From: an uncultured Methanolobus sp. | Lineage (GTDB): Archaea > Halobacteriota > Methanosarcinia > Methanosarcinales > Methanosarcinaceae | Length of the DNA: 64,000 bases | Direction of reading: 5' to 3' | Assembly (NCBI GenBank): GCA_963675495.1 | Contig: OY776215.1 | Coordinates: 608,001-672,000 of the forward strand | Program-made: the position numbers and the translations under genes | Notes under the pieces: generated by a model | Told to the model about the DNA's origin: nothing | What the model saw: the letters and a program-made list of their open reading frames with translations, nothing else | The model's database searches: none | Part shown: positions 39,978 through 50,392 of the stretch, one piece after another | How the letters are laid out: each line of letters begins with the position of its first letter | Numbering within the stretch: the first letter of the stretch is position 1

Positions 39978-40455
39978 CATTTTATGCTATTTTATCAAAA
40001 CCATTCCACTAAAGAAGTGTATGTGAATTCTTATGGATAACAAAAAACAGCAACATTAGAATTTTGCAGCAGTAAAGAATATCGAAATCGATATTTACCA
40101 CCCCAGTAATCACATCAGAGTCCTGTTGAGATCATATGAAAGAGCATAAAATAAGAGAATTATTGCATTTTTATGACACGTGTTGATTATATGAAAAATA
40201 TGATTCCTGAACAATTCATGAAATGTTCCTCATAATTTAGCTTCGAAAAAGGCTGGATTAAAAAATTCATTCAAATTGTAAATTATAAATAAAAATACTT
40301 AAAGACAAGGAATCTAACATCTTAATTATATAATTAAGATTTTTTAAATTCAGACAGTATCGCATTTTATTTCAAATACAGATATGTGATTTTTATCTGA
40401 AGGTGGAAATTTTAAGCCGCCAGACGTAGAGAAAAATAAAACGGCACTGACAATA

Positions 40456-40656
40456 TGACCATAATAGTAATTCTTTTGAAAACATAAAGTACAAATCCGC
40501 GAACATGCATCTAGCAAATTAGATAAAATAACATGAATTGTAGTGCTATGGAAAAAATGCAAAATAAATTAGAAATTGCTATTTTTGGGAAGCATTAGAC
40601 GTAATGTGACCATAATATAATTTCTTTGTGACCACAAAGTACAAATCCGTGAGCAT
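40456..40656 (+). repeat. ~50-bp imperfect direct repeat pair upstream of the disaggregatase-like gene
   Basis: TGACCATAATA...AAAGTACAAATCCGCGAACAT (40456-40506) vs TGACCATAATA...AAAGTACAAATCCGTGAGCAT (40607-40656). Confidence 0.7.
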
Positions 40657-40761
40657 TTATTAAGGGAATTAAATAATATTAGTTTATGTATCATGTCGAC
40701 ATAGAAAACGATTAAAAAACACGAATCATCTTTAAATAGCTGTATTTCAAACAGGAGATAT

Positions 40762-43700
40762 ATGATGACTAATTATTTAAGAATATTATTAGCATGCTTA
40801 TTCATTTTTTTACTATTTATACCGATTTCCTTTTGTAGTCAGGCCACGGCTCAAATTGTATATGTTGCCACCGATGATAGTGGTGATTATAAGTGTGATG
40901 GAACTGATGACCATATCGAAATAAATCAAGCACTATCCTATATTGACAGTATGGGTGGAGGTACTGTGTGGCTCAAATCGGGAACTTACACAATAGATAA
41001 TGCTCTAATCATCGGCAGTGATGCAACACTCACGGGTGATTCGGATTCTATTGTAACTATCCCAAATAATGCCGGATGGATGGAAAATCTCCCTCTTATT
41101 AAGTCTCAATCAAATGACAATGTCACTATTTGTGGATTTCAGATAGATGGAAATAGAGATAATCAACCAGAACCGACTGGGTATGGTTGGTATCGTCTAG
41201 TTGAGTTTCAGGAAACAACAAACATAAAAGTCCATGATATGCAGATGAGTGGTTCATCCAGTGATGATATAAAATGCGAATTTTCTTATGTGGACGTGAA
41301 CGCAAAAAATGTAGATATATACGATAACACCATATACCGCTCTGGTCATGACTGCATATATATTTTAAGAATGAACGGCATCTCTGTTTACAACAATAAA
41401 CTGACAACCCGTACAAATTCGGGTGTGCGCCTGTACAATTCTAACCATGCAGACATTTATGATAATTACATAACATCAAATGGTGGTGGAAATGCAGGTA
41501 TCGAAATTCAGAGGTATTCTTCAGTGCCATATGTCACAGATGTTGAAATTTATAACAATGTAATAGACAAGACTAACATTTATGGTATATCGGTTACAGG
41601 GAACGGGGAATACGACATAGACACCGCAAAAGGAGTTAATATACACCACAACATAATAAAAAATGTCGCGACAGACTGGGATAATCCTGCAATTGCAGGA
41701 ATAAATGTGGTTGCATGGAATGGTACCATAATAGAAAATAACGTTATTGATGGATGTTACAGAAACGGCATAATGAGCCACGAGAAATACTCATCCAACC
41801 CCGATCTATGGGTCACATCATTCAGTGGATCTGGCTATACCACATACGTTAGAAACAACATCATAACAGGCATTGTTGCACGTGATGGAGATGGATTCGG
41901 GATTCACAATGATTTATTCGACACCCATACAATCATAGCTGAGAACAATTGTCTTTATGACAATGACATAAGTAATTACAAAGGTAACGGGATAACATAC
42001 AACAACGATATTTATGTTGACCCTTTGTTTGCAGACTCTTCAAACCACGATTATCACCTAAAGAGCACCGCAGGTAGAATATCAGGCAGCGGTTGGGTAT
42101 TTGATACTATATCAAGCCCACTCATCGATTCTGGAAATCCATTATCAGATTGGAGTAATGAACCGGAATCAAATGGTGACAGAATAAATATTGGTGTGTA
42201 TGGCAATACAGCAGAAGCCTCAAAGAGTGTTTCTGATGAAGAAGTCATTCCAACAACCGATTCCACTTCAACACAAAGTTTAGTGTATGATAATCGTTTG
42301 CGTGAATCAACACCTGACGAAACACTTGCTGGAAGCAGCTATATCGACATTGGACATAATGATGGAGAAGAGCGTTTCAGAGATGTCATGAAGTTCGATC
42401 TTAGTGAATATGACACCACAGATATTGTCTCCAGTGCAACCCTTTCACTTGCCTGGTACTATCCTGCAGATACCACAAGGACCTCTGATACAATTGTAGA
42501 AATATATAGAGCAGATGACTGGAACCCAAGTCAGGTAAGCTGGAGCGATAGTGCCTACGGAACCCCGTGGAACAATCCAGGCGGAGACTGGTTCGATAAG
42601 AACAATGTGGCACAGGGAACTACACCTTATGCATCAGTAACGTTCAAAGCCAACGACATACCTGACAACCAATATTATGAGTTTGATGTAACCGAACTTG
42701 TACAGGAGTATGTCAGTGGTAAATACAGCAATACTGGTTTCTTTATCAAAGCTAGGAACGAGAACAACAATTACATAGCGTTCTACAGTTCTGAATGGAA
42801 CGATACTGACCAAAGGCCAAAGCTTACTATAGACCTCACGGAACAGGATGTACAGAGGCCAACTGCTTCTGCAGGTTCCGACCAAACGATTCCCGCTGGA
42901 GAAACAGTGACCTTGGACGGTTCAGGATCCACGGATGATGTGGGTATTGCATCATATAGATGGGACTTTGACGAATCAGATGGCATCCAGCAGGAAGCAG
43001 CAGGGGCAGTTGTCCAACATACCTATGACACTGCAGGAATCTACACTGCAACAATAACAGTAGCAGACATCAGTGGAAACACAGATTCTGAAAATGTCAT
43101 CATAACCGTAATTGATGAAGAAGGCATCCCAACAACGAGTTCCACTTCAACACAAAGTCAAGTATATGATAACAGATTGCGCGAATCAACACCTGACGAA
43201 ACACTTGCTGGAAGCAGCTATATCGACATTGGACACAATGATGGAGAAGAGCGTTTCAGAGATGTCATGAAGTTCGATCTTAGTGCATATGACACCACAG
43301 ATATTGTCTCCAGTGCAACCCTTTCACTTACTTGGTACTATCCTACAGCCACCACAAGAAACTCTGATACGATTGTGGAGATATACAGAGCAGATGACTG
43401 GAACCCAAACCAGGTCAGCTGGAGTAACAGTGCCACAGGAACCCCATGGAACAATCCAGGTGGAGACTGGTTCGATAAGAACAATGTTGCACAGGGAAGC
43501 ACACCTTATGCATCAGTAACGTTCAAAGCAAGTAATCTACCTGATAATCAATACTATGAATTTGATGTAACCGAACTTGTACAGGAGTATGTCAGTGGAA
43601 AATACAGCAATACTGGTTTCTTCATCAAAGCAAGGGACGAGAACAACAACTACATAGCATTCTACAGTTCTGAGTGGAGCGATACTAATCAAAGACCAAA

Positions 43701-45138
43701 GCTTACTGTAGACCTCACGGAACAGGATACACAGATGCCGACCCCATCAGCAGACTACACTTCAACACAAACTCCGGTTTATGATAATAGGCTGCGTGAA
43801 GCATCTGCTGATGCCACACTTGGACAAAATAATTATATAGACATTGGAAATAAAAAGAATTATGGCAGTTACAGGGATGTCATATGGTTTGACCTGAGTG
43901 ACTACAGTGAAACAGATACTATCACCAACGCAGATCTAGAACTATTCTGGTATTATCCTTCTGATTCCACCAGGGATGAAGACACGATCGTAGACATATA
44001 TAGAGCGGATGACTGGGATCCAGACTACGTAAGCTGGAGCAACAGTGAAGCTGGCACACAATGGAACAATGCAGGAGGAGACTGGTTCGATAAGAACAAT
44101 GTTGCCCAGGGAAGCACACCTTATGCATCAATAACTTTCAAAGCAACTGATGTACCTGACAACCAATATTATGAGTTTGATGTCACACAGCTTGTACAGG
44201 AGTTTGTCAACGGTGAATACGGCAATACTGGCTTCTTCCTCAAGGCAAGGGACGAGAACAGTAATTACATAGCATTCTACAGTTCTGACATAAGCGATCC
44301 AGACAAGATGCCAAAGCTAACTATAGATCACACAACAGGACAGAGCTCTGCAAGTGTACCTGAAACACCATTAAACACAGCACCAGTTATTAACTCGATT
44401 AGTGCAAGATCAGTTGATGAAACAGATACACTTACATTTGTGGTCAGTGCTACAGATGCAGATGGTGACGCTTTGACATACTCTGCAACAAGTCTTCCGG
44501 CAGGTGCAAGCTTTAACACGGCTTCAGGTCTATTCTCATGGACACCTTCAAAGGGTGACTCAGGAATTTATACTGTAACCTTTACTGTCACAGATGGTGA
44601 TCTGATTGATAGCACAACAAGCAGAATAACTGTCAATGAGCTGGATTCTGCACCTGTTGTTGAGCAGAATAATGCGCCTTCAATAACACTCTTTGAACCT
44701 TCTGCAAACACTGTGTTTGAGGAGGGTTCAACTGTGAATATAAAAGTGACTGCAAGTGATGCAGATGGCCAAAGTTTAAGCTACATCATCAAGATCAACG
44801 GAGAAACTGTCAGTACTTCAGCAGATTACAGCTGGGTTCTGGATCATTCATCTGCAGGTACATACACCATCAAGGCAGTGGTGAGTGACGGCATAGATGA
44901 TGTTAGTGCAGAGCACACTATAACCATCACAGAGCAAACTACAACCATCACAGATGTGCCAAGATGGGATGTAAATGAAGATGGAATTGTGAATGTTCTT
45001 GACATCACCTTAATAGGACAGAACTACGGCACGACCTACACAGGTGATCTACCTCGCTGGGATGTGAACCAGGATGGTGTTGTGAACATTCTGGATCTTT
45101 CGATTGTGTCAAGTCACATGGGCGAAACAACAAATTAG
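40762..45138 (+). CDS. Disaggregatase-related secreted protein: beta-helix, 3 DNRLRE repeats, PKD, cadherin/Ig-like domains, C-terminal dockerin-like domain
   Basis: Signal peptide, CDGTDDHIEINQAL, beta-helix repeats, YDNRLRE x3, AGSDQT...HTYDTAGIYT, and WDVNEDGIVNVLD/WDVNQDGVVNILD. Confidence 0.88.
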   Translation: MMTNYLRILLACLFIFLLFIPISFCSQATAQIVYVATDDSGDYKCDGTDDHIEINQALSYIDSMGGGTVWLKSGTYTIDNALIIGSDATLTGDSDSIVTIPNNAGWMENLPLIKSQSNDNVTICGFQIDGNRDNQPEPTGYGWYRLVEFQETTNIKVHDMQMSGSSSDDIKCEFSYVDVNAKNVDIYDNTIYRSGHDCIYILRMNGISVYNNKLTTRTNSGVRLYNSNHADIYDNYITSNGGGNAGIEIQRYSSVPYVTDVEIYNNVIDKTNIYGISVTGNGEYDIDTAKGVNIHHNIIKNVATDWDNPAIAGINVVAWNGTIIENNVIDGCYRNGIMSHEKYSSNPDLWVTSFSGSGYTTYVRNNIITGIVARDGDGFGIHNDLFDTHTIIAENNCLYDNDISNYKGNGITYNNDIYVDPLFADSSNHDYHLKSTAGRISGSGWVFDTISSPLIDSGNPLSDWSNEPESNGDRINIGVYGNTAEASKSVSDEEVIPTTDSTSTQSLVYDNRLRESTPDETLAGSSYIDIGHNDGEERFRDVMKFDLSEYDTTDIVSSATLSLAWYYPADTTRTSDTIVEIYRADDWNPSQVSWSDSAYGTPWNNPGGDWFDKNNVAQGTTPYASVTFKANDIPDNQYYEFDVTELVQEYVSGKYSNTGFFIKARNENNNYIAFYSSEWNDTDQRPKLTIDLTEQDVQRPTASAGSDQTIPAGETVTLDGSGSTDDVGIASYRWDFDESDGIQQEAAGAVVQHTYDTAGIYTATITVADISGNTDSENVIITVIDEEGIPTTSSTSTQSQVYDNRLRESTPDETLAGSSYIDIGHNDGEERFRDVMKFDLSAYDTTDIVSSATLSLTWYYPTATTRNSDTIVEIYRADDWNPNQVSWSNSATGTPWNNPGGDWFDKNNVAQGSTPYASVTFKASNLPDNQYYEFDVTELVQEYVSGKYSNTGFFIKARDENNNYIAFYSSEWSDTNQRPKLTVDLTEQDTQMPTPSADYTSTQTPVYDNRLREASADATLGQNNYIDIGNKKNYGSYRDVIWFDLSDYSETDTITNADLELFWYYPSDSTRDEDTIVDIYRADDWDPDYVSWSNSEAGTQWNNAGGDWFDKNNVAQGSTPYASITFKATDVPDNQYYEFDVTQLVQEFVNGEYGNTGFFLKARDENSNYIAFYSSDISDPDKMPKLTIDHTTGQSSASVPETPLNTAPVINSISARSVDETDTLTFVVSATDADGDALTYSATSLPAGASFNTASGLFSWTPSKGDSGIYTVTFTVTDGDLIDSTTSRITVNELDSAPVVEQNNAPSITLFEPSANTVFEEGSTVNIKVTASDADGQSLSYIIKINGETVSTSADYSWVLDHSSAGTYTIKAVVSDGIDDVSAEHTITITEQTTTITDVPRWDVNEDGIVNVLDITLIGQNYGTTYTGDLPRWDVNQDGVVNILDLSIVSSHMGETTN

Positions 45139-45164
45139 GGCGCACATCCTGCGCCTCTTTTTTT
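45139..45164 (+). terminator. Stem-loop plus T-tract terminator
   Basis: GGCGCA-CATCC-TGCGCC followed by a T-run immediately after the stop codon. Confidence 0.7.
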
Positions 45165-45302
45165 ATTTTGATATAATGAACTCGATAATTTATCGAGGAA
45201 TGTCCATAATATAGTAATTGAAATATTAAAGTTGTCAGAGTTATTCTCCATCAAAACACTATCTCGGATAGATTTATATCTTCAACTGTTTTATTTATTA
45301 AC

Positions 45303-45887
45303 ATGCCCTATCCGATTGCACATGTTATGTTCTTTGTACTTTGCATCAGTACAGTTATGGTGTATGCAACTCTTGTAGCCCTCTTGCGCAAAAAACTTTC
45401 GTACAAAAAAAGCATACGTATCTTGATACTACTATTTGTAGGAAGTTTCAGTGCATTATTACCTGACATGATGGCTGTTTACAGTATCCTTGTAAATGGT
45501 ACTGTGGAACACTGTCATATCGGTTCTATCGCAACGCATTCATTACTTTTCAGCTTTTCTGCAATCCTGTTTGGAACGGTTGTGGGATATACAGTATATA
45601 GAAAATTAAACAAGGCTGCTTACATGGGTATTTTTGCTGAATCAGCGTTCCTCTCACACCTATTGCTGGACGACCTTGCCAGGTACGAAATGGACTATTT
45701 TTATCCAATATATAATAAACCAATCAGTATATTCTCGTATGTAGATGTGGAATTTGCACGAGTTAATTTCCTTCATTATCTTTTAGCATGTTATGTGGCA
45801 ATATTTTCGCTGTTCATTGTCATTATGATGGCGTTGTTCGCGTTGAATCATCTGGGTTTTGAGTTCACGTACGATCCCGAAAAGTAA
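45303..45887 (+). CDS. Membrane metal-dependent hydrolase (YdjM-like), type B
   Basis: MPYPIAH, LLPD, THSLLF, SHLLLDD; same length as and colinear with 8085-8669. Confidence 0.75.
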   Translation: MPYPIAHVMFFVLCISTVMVYATLVALLRKKLSYKKSIRILILLFVGSFSALLPDMMAVYSILVNGTVEHCHIGSIATHSLLFSFSAILFGTVVGYTVYRKLNKAAYMGIFAESAFLSHLLLDDLARYEMDYFYPIYNKPISIFSYVDVEFARVNFLHYLLACYVAIFSLFIVIMMALFALNHLGFEFTYDPEK

Positions 45888-46132
45888 TATTTGTCTGAAC
45901 TTGGATTGTGGGTATCAGGCCAATGCCTGGAAAACATTTTTGTTTCTGGAACAAATATTTAGTCATAGGTGAGTGGAGTAACCTAATAATATCTAAAATA
46001 AAAATATCTAAATTAAATTATTTTACTACAAATAAAATTCTGAGTAAAAAAACATATCTGTGACAAATATCTAATTACTTAATAAATAATTAGGGTTTGT
46101 GTTATATTATACGTTGCCACGGGAGGACATAA

Positions 46133-47392
46133 TTGAAAACCAAGTTTTATTTTACAATGGTTTTTGTTTTTCTGACAATGAATATTGCTGCTGCAGCGGA
46201 TTTGCATGTGTATCCAAATAGTACGATTCAAAATGCTATAAGCATCGCTCTTCCTGGTGATACAGTAATTGTTCATAACGGAACGTATAAAGAAAACGTG
46301 AATGTGGACAAAACGTTAGCTATAACATCACATTCCAAAAATCCCACAGACACTATTGTTGAAGCTGCTGATAAGAACAAGCCTGCTTTTTATGTATCTG
46401 CAGATAGCGTGAATATAAATGGTTTTTATATAACAGGCACCTCAGGTTTGAACATACACGGAATACACCTAGTTTCCAGCAATAACAGCACAATAAGCAA
46501 TAACAAAGTAAGTTTTATCGAACATGGAGATGGAATCCATCTTGTTTATTCTAACAACAACATGTTGAGTAATAACACTCTAGATATGAACGGTCTGGAT
46601 GGAATCAGATTATCTCATTCTAAAAATAATATATTGAACAGCAACATGGCATTGGACAATGGTTGGAATGGTTTCTTTTCTGAGGTCGCCAGTGGAAACA
46701 TACTGAGTAATAATGCTGCATCAGGAAATGATCTGGCAGGTATAAATGGTTACATGTCTGAAAAAGACATCTTTGTGCATAATTACCTATCAGAAAATGA
46801 GATTGGAATTTACCTATATAATTCTCAAGACATGATCATAAGCGGTAATAATGCTTCCAGCAATGAGCAAGGGATATACCTGCATGTATGCCCCAATACC
46901 AATTCAGTAGATAGTAACAAAGTATTGAACAATGTTAATGGACTTTTTCTTGTAAAAGTGAGTAAAAGCAAGATAAATGATAACAATGTATCCAGGAATA
47001 ACTATGGCATGTATCTGAGTGAATCAAGTAATAATAACACTATCTATAACAATTATTTCAACAATACAAGAAATATTGAACTTGATATCCACAACAATGG
47101 CAATTTTTGGAATATAACAAAAACACAAGGAACAAACATTATCAATGGACCGTATCTTGGAGGGAACTACTGGGCACAACCAGATGGTAAAGGTTTCAGC
47201 CAGATAAACAAAGATGTTAATGCTGATGGGATTGTAAATTCACCCTACAAAATAACTGAGAACAATGTAGATTACCTACCACTCACAGTAACTGACAAAA
47301 ACTCTCAATCACTCCTTACTGTTCTAATACTGGGCATGATTATGATCATAACTGTATTTTTCCTTAGGAGAACACTTAAAAAATATATATAG
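46133..47392 (+). CDS. Cell-surface parallel beta-helix protein (NosD/CASH-like) with C-terminal TM anchor
   Basis: Signal peptide, TIQNAI...GDTVIVHNGTYKENV, GIxL/SNNN repeats, GPYLGGNYW, DYLPL, TM plus basic tail. Confidence 0.85.
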   Translation: MKTKFYFTMVFVFLTMNIAAAADLHVYPNSTIQNAISIALPGDTVIVHNGTYKENVNVDKTLAITSHSKNPTDTIVEAADKNKPAFYVSADSVNINGFYITGTSGLNIHGIHLVSSNNSTISNNKVSFIEHGDGIHLVYSNNNMLSNNTLDMNGLDGIRLSHSKNNILNSNMALDNGWNGFFSEVASGNILSNNAASGNDLAGINGYMSEKDIFVHNYLSENEIGIYLYNSQDMIISGNNASSNEQGIYLHVCPNTNSVDSNKVLNNVNGLFLVKVSKSKINDNNVSRNNYGMYLSESSNNNTIYNNYFNNTRNIELDIHNNGNFWNITKTQGTNIINGPYLGGNYWAQPDGKGFSQINKDVNADGIVNSPYKITENNVDYLPLTVTDKNSQSLLTVLILGMIMIITVFFLRRTLKKYI

Positions 47393-47594
47393 GAACATTG
47401 TAACCCAGTACGAAACATAAAATATTCAATGGTCCTTTGAAAATGAAATGGAGTAATTCATGTTTGCTTACAACATATGAATTAAATCTCTGACTATGCG
47501 AAGAACAATTATGCTTTTTTTGTAAGCCAGCCTATAATGCCATATTGCAGTTTTATCTTTTCATTTATGCTTACATTCATGATGTTGACAGAGA

Positions 47595-49154
47595 TCAGTA
47601 ACCATTCATTATGCGATTAGACTCCTGCATATCGAACAGCATCGCAAACAGAGTGAACTGTATACCCATGATCAAAAACAATGCATCCATCAAAGGCAGG
47701 TTTGCAGACACGCTCCAGCCCAGCAACAATTTTGCAGCAACTATGTATCCACCCAACAAAACCCCTATTGGAACAAGTACCATCCCAAGTGCATAGAACA
47801 ACACCAGGGGATGGAAGCTCAAGATCATGTATTTCATTTTGAGCCTCCACAAAAATTTTTGGAAGAGCATGATTGAAACTTTACCCATATAGCTTCCATA
47901 TTTAATAGTGGAGCGCTCCTGACCGTAGCGAGCAGGCATGGCTACATCAGCAGTGCGCAGACCAAATGTATTCAATTTCACCAATATATCGTTGCAATAA
48001 CCATAGTAGGTGTAGAGATTTTGCAGGTCTATACTGGAAAGTGCTTTTTTAGATATGGCCGTGTAACCATTCTGGGGGTCCATGATATGCCAATAACCAC
48101 TGGATATCTTAGTTATCATCGTGAGCAAGCCGTTGCCGAATGATCTCCATTTGCTCATACCTACACGATACTCCTCATTAAGAAGACGGTTGCCTTTAGT
48201 ATAATCAGCTTTTCCTTCGATGATAGGCATCAGAAGATTAGGAAGTTGCATCGGATTCATCTGGTTATCACCACCCATAACCACAACTATATCCATGTTC
48301 TCCATCAAAGCCTTTTGATAACCATGCAGAATGGCTGCACCAACTCCCTGATTTACTTCGTGAGTAATAATATTCATTCGATGGTCATCTATAGACTCGA
48401 GTACATCACCTGTGTTATCGGTGCTGCAGTCGTTGGTGACGTATATCCGACTTACATATTCAGGAATACCATTTACTGTAGCTTTGATCAGTTTTTCCTC
48501 GTTGTATGCAGGAACAACAACACCTATACGATATTCCTGAAAAAGGTCAAAGTCATGATTACACAAACGTGACACTTGAAGCATTTTCACATCGAAACCT
48601 GCATTTTTTGCATCCTTAAGAAGAGAAAGTTCAATTGAGCTGCCGTTTTCAGAGAATTGAAGAGATTCAAATGTACTTGATGAAAATGCAGTGAATCCAA
48701 TGCATAAATCTACGAGATCCGTACTCAAGAGAGTATCACCATGTAAAGAATCCTCCAGATGATCATCCACACCTATAATGGATAAAATATCCTGATCTTT
48801 AAACAGCGTATTCCCGGAAACAACATCTGCCTCAAGCCAATATATAGACTCAACAAGCTTTGGTATATCTTCGGGGTTATGATAACCATTTGCATAGAGA
48901 GTAACGATTATCTGAGGATGCAGTTTCCTTGCAGCTTCAAATCCTGACTTTAAGGCTTCGGCCCTTCCTAAATTTCGCTCATGTTTCACAAGCCTTACTC
49001 CAAGACTTTGAGCAATAAAAGCAGTTGCATCTTTGCTGCAGTCATCAACGACAATTATCTCGTCCACATAATATTTGGCTTTTTTTATCACATCATAGAT
49101 GTGTACTTCTTCATTAAAAGCAGGTATAACTGCTACAATAGACATTATTACCAC
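47595..49154 (-). CDS. Tandem GT2-GT2 glycosyltransferase with C-terminal TM helices
   Basis: IPAFNEE...VVDDCSKD, then VPAYNEE...NDCSTD...GDNQM...DPQNGY. Confidence 0.85.
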   Translation of the reverse strand: MVIMSIVAVIPAFNEEVHIYDVIKKAKYYVDEIIVVDDCSKDATAFIAQSLGVRLVKHERNLGRAEALKSGFEAARKLHPQIIVTLYANGYHNPEDIPKLVESIYWLEADVVSGNTLFKDQDILSIIGVDDHLEDSLHGDTLLSTDLVDLCIGFTAFSSSTFESLQFSENGSSIELSLLKDAKNAGFDVKMLQVSRLCNHDFDLFQEYRIGVVVPAYNEEKLIKATVNGIPEYVSRIYVTNDCSTDNTGDVLESIDDHRMNIITHEVNQGVGAAILHGYQKALMENMDIVVVMGGDNQMNPMQLPNLLMPIIEGKADYTKGNRLLNEEYRVGMSKWRSFGNGLLTMITKISSGYWHIMDPQNGYTAISKKALSSIDLQNLYTYYGYCNDILVKLNTFGLRTADVAMPARYGQERSTIKYGSYMGKVSIMLFQKFLWRLKMKYMILSFHPLVLFYALGMVLVPIGVLLGGYIVAAKLLLGWSVSANLPLMDALFLIMGIQFTLFAMLFDMQESNRIMNGY

Positions 49155-49653
49155 CCTAATTTTTTTATTCTAGTGCCACATACATCCTACCTTTGAAAAT
49201 TCAATTTCAGCAATAAGTGTATGCATGCAATGCAAGGATTCTCCCCATTGGAGAAATTGCTTCATATGATTTAACAGTTGCTATACTTAGCTCCAATTTA
49301 CTTTATAAAACATACTAAATATTAGTACACAAGCCATTGGTTTTGCTCATCTATAAATAAATTAAAACTTGGACAAAATTATTAATCCTATAAAGAAATA
49401 GATAAGGAGATGGATACATGAATTGCATGAAATTAAATATCGCACTTATCTTTGCAGCATATATAGCCGATCTATTAGCAATTTGAAGAAGCTTGTTAGT
49501 AATTTATGGTTCTCTTTAAACTAAAATTGAATGCCTATTATTATTAGTAGTAGTATAGATGTGATATGGGAGAACTATGACCTAAATTAATGATCTTAGC
49601 AGTGCAATCACAATAACTGAAGAAATTTATATATACAAAAACTCTTAAATGAC

Positions 49654-50337
49654 GTGCATATGAGTGGGAGCCTCCAAAACAACACGTATATTCACAGAAC
49701 TGCAAACCTTTACGGTTCCAGCAGCATCGGTGATAGCTCGGTAGTCCTTGAAAATGTCATGCTGGGGTATCCACAGCATAGCATCCTGATGGAGATAACA
49801 AAAGCCGGTATTGAAATGGATGACTATGACTTTCCGGGATCAATAATAGGGAACAATGCATTCATAAGAGCCGGAAGCACGATCTTCAGCAATGTCCGGG
49901 CTGGGAATAATTTTAAGACCGGACATAATGCAATGATCAGGGAGAATACCGCAATAGGAGACAATGTGCTCATTGGCACTAATGTTATCATTGACGGTAA
50001 TGTAAGTATAGGGAACAATGTCAGTATCCAGGGAAATGTGTATATTCCCACACATGTGGCCATAGAGGATAATGTATTCATTGGACCTTGTGCCGTGCTT
50101 GCCAATGACAGATACCCCATAAGAGGAGAGTATCACCCTGAAGGACCAGTACTTCGAAAAGGAGCATCAATTGGAGCAAATGCTACCCTCATACCAGGAG
50201 TTGAGATTGGTGAAGGCGCAATGGTGGCTGCCGGAGCACTGGTAACAAAGGATGTACCTGCATGGAAACTGGCAATCGGTTGTCCTGCAAAGATAGTTGA
50301 TCTTCCGGATAAACTGGAAACTATTAATAACATATAA
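49654..50337 (+). CDS. Sugar N-acetyltransferase (WbpD-like, hexapeptide repeat)
   Basis: [37 protein letters not shown]; first gene of a wbpD-E-B-A-like run. Confidence 0.8.
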   Translation: MHMSGSLQNNTYIHRTANLYGSSSIGDSSVVLENVMLGYPQHSILMEITKAGIEMDDYDFPGSIIGNNAFIRAGSTIFSNVRAGNNFKTGHNAMIRENTAIGDNVLIGTNVIIDGNVSIGNNVSIQGNVYIPTHVAIEDNVFIGPCAVLANDRYPIRGEYHPEGPVLRKGASIGANATLIPGVEIGEGAMVAAGALVTKDVPAWKLAIGCPAKIVDLPDKLETINNI

Positions 50338-50392
50338 GCCTATAATATAAATATATCCTTATTTTTATACAATTCGGGAGAAAATCTAAATC

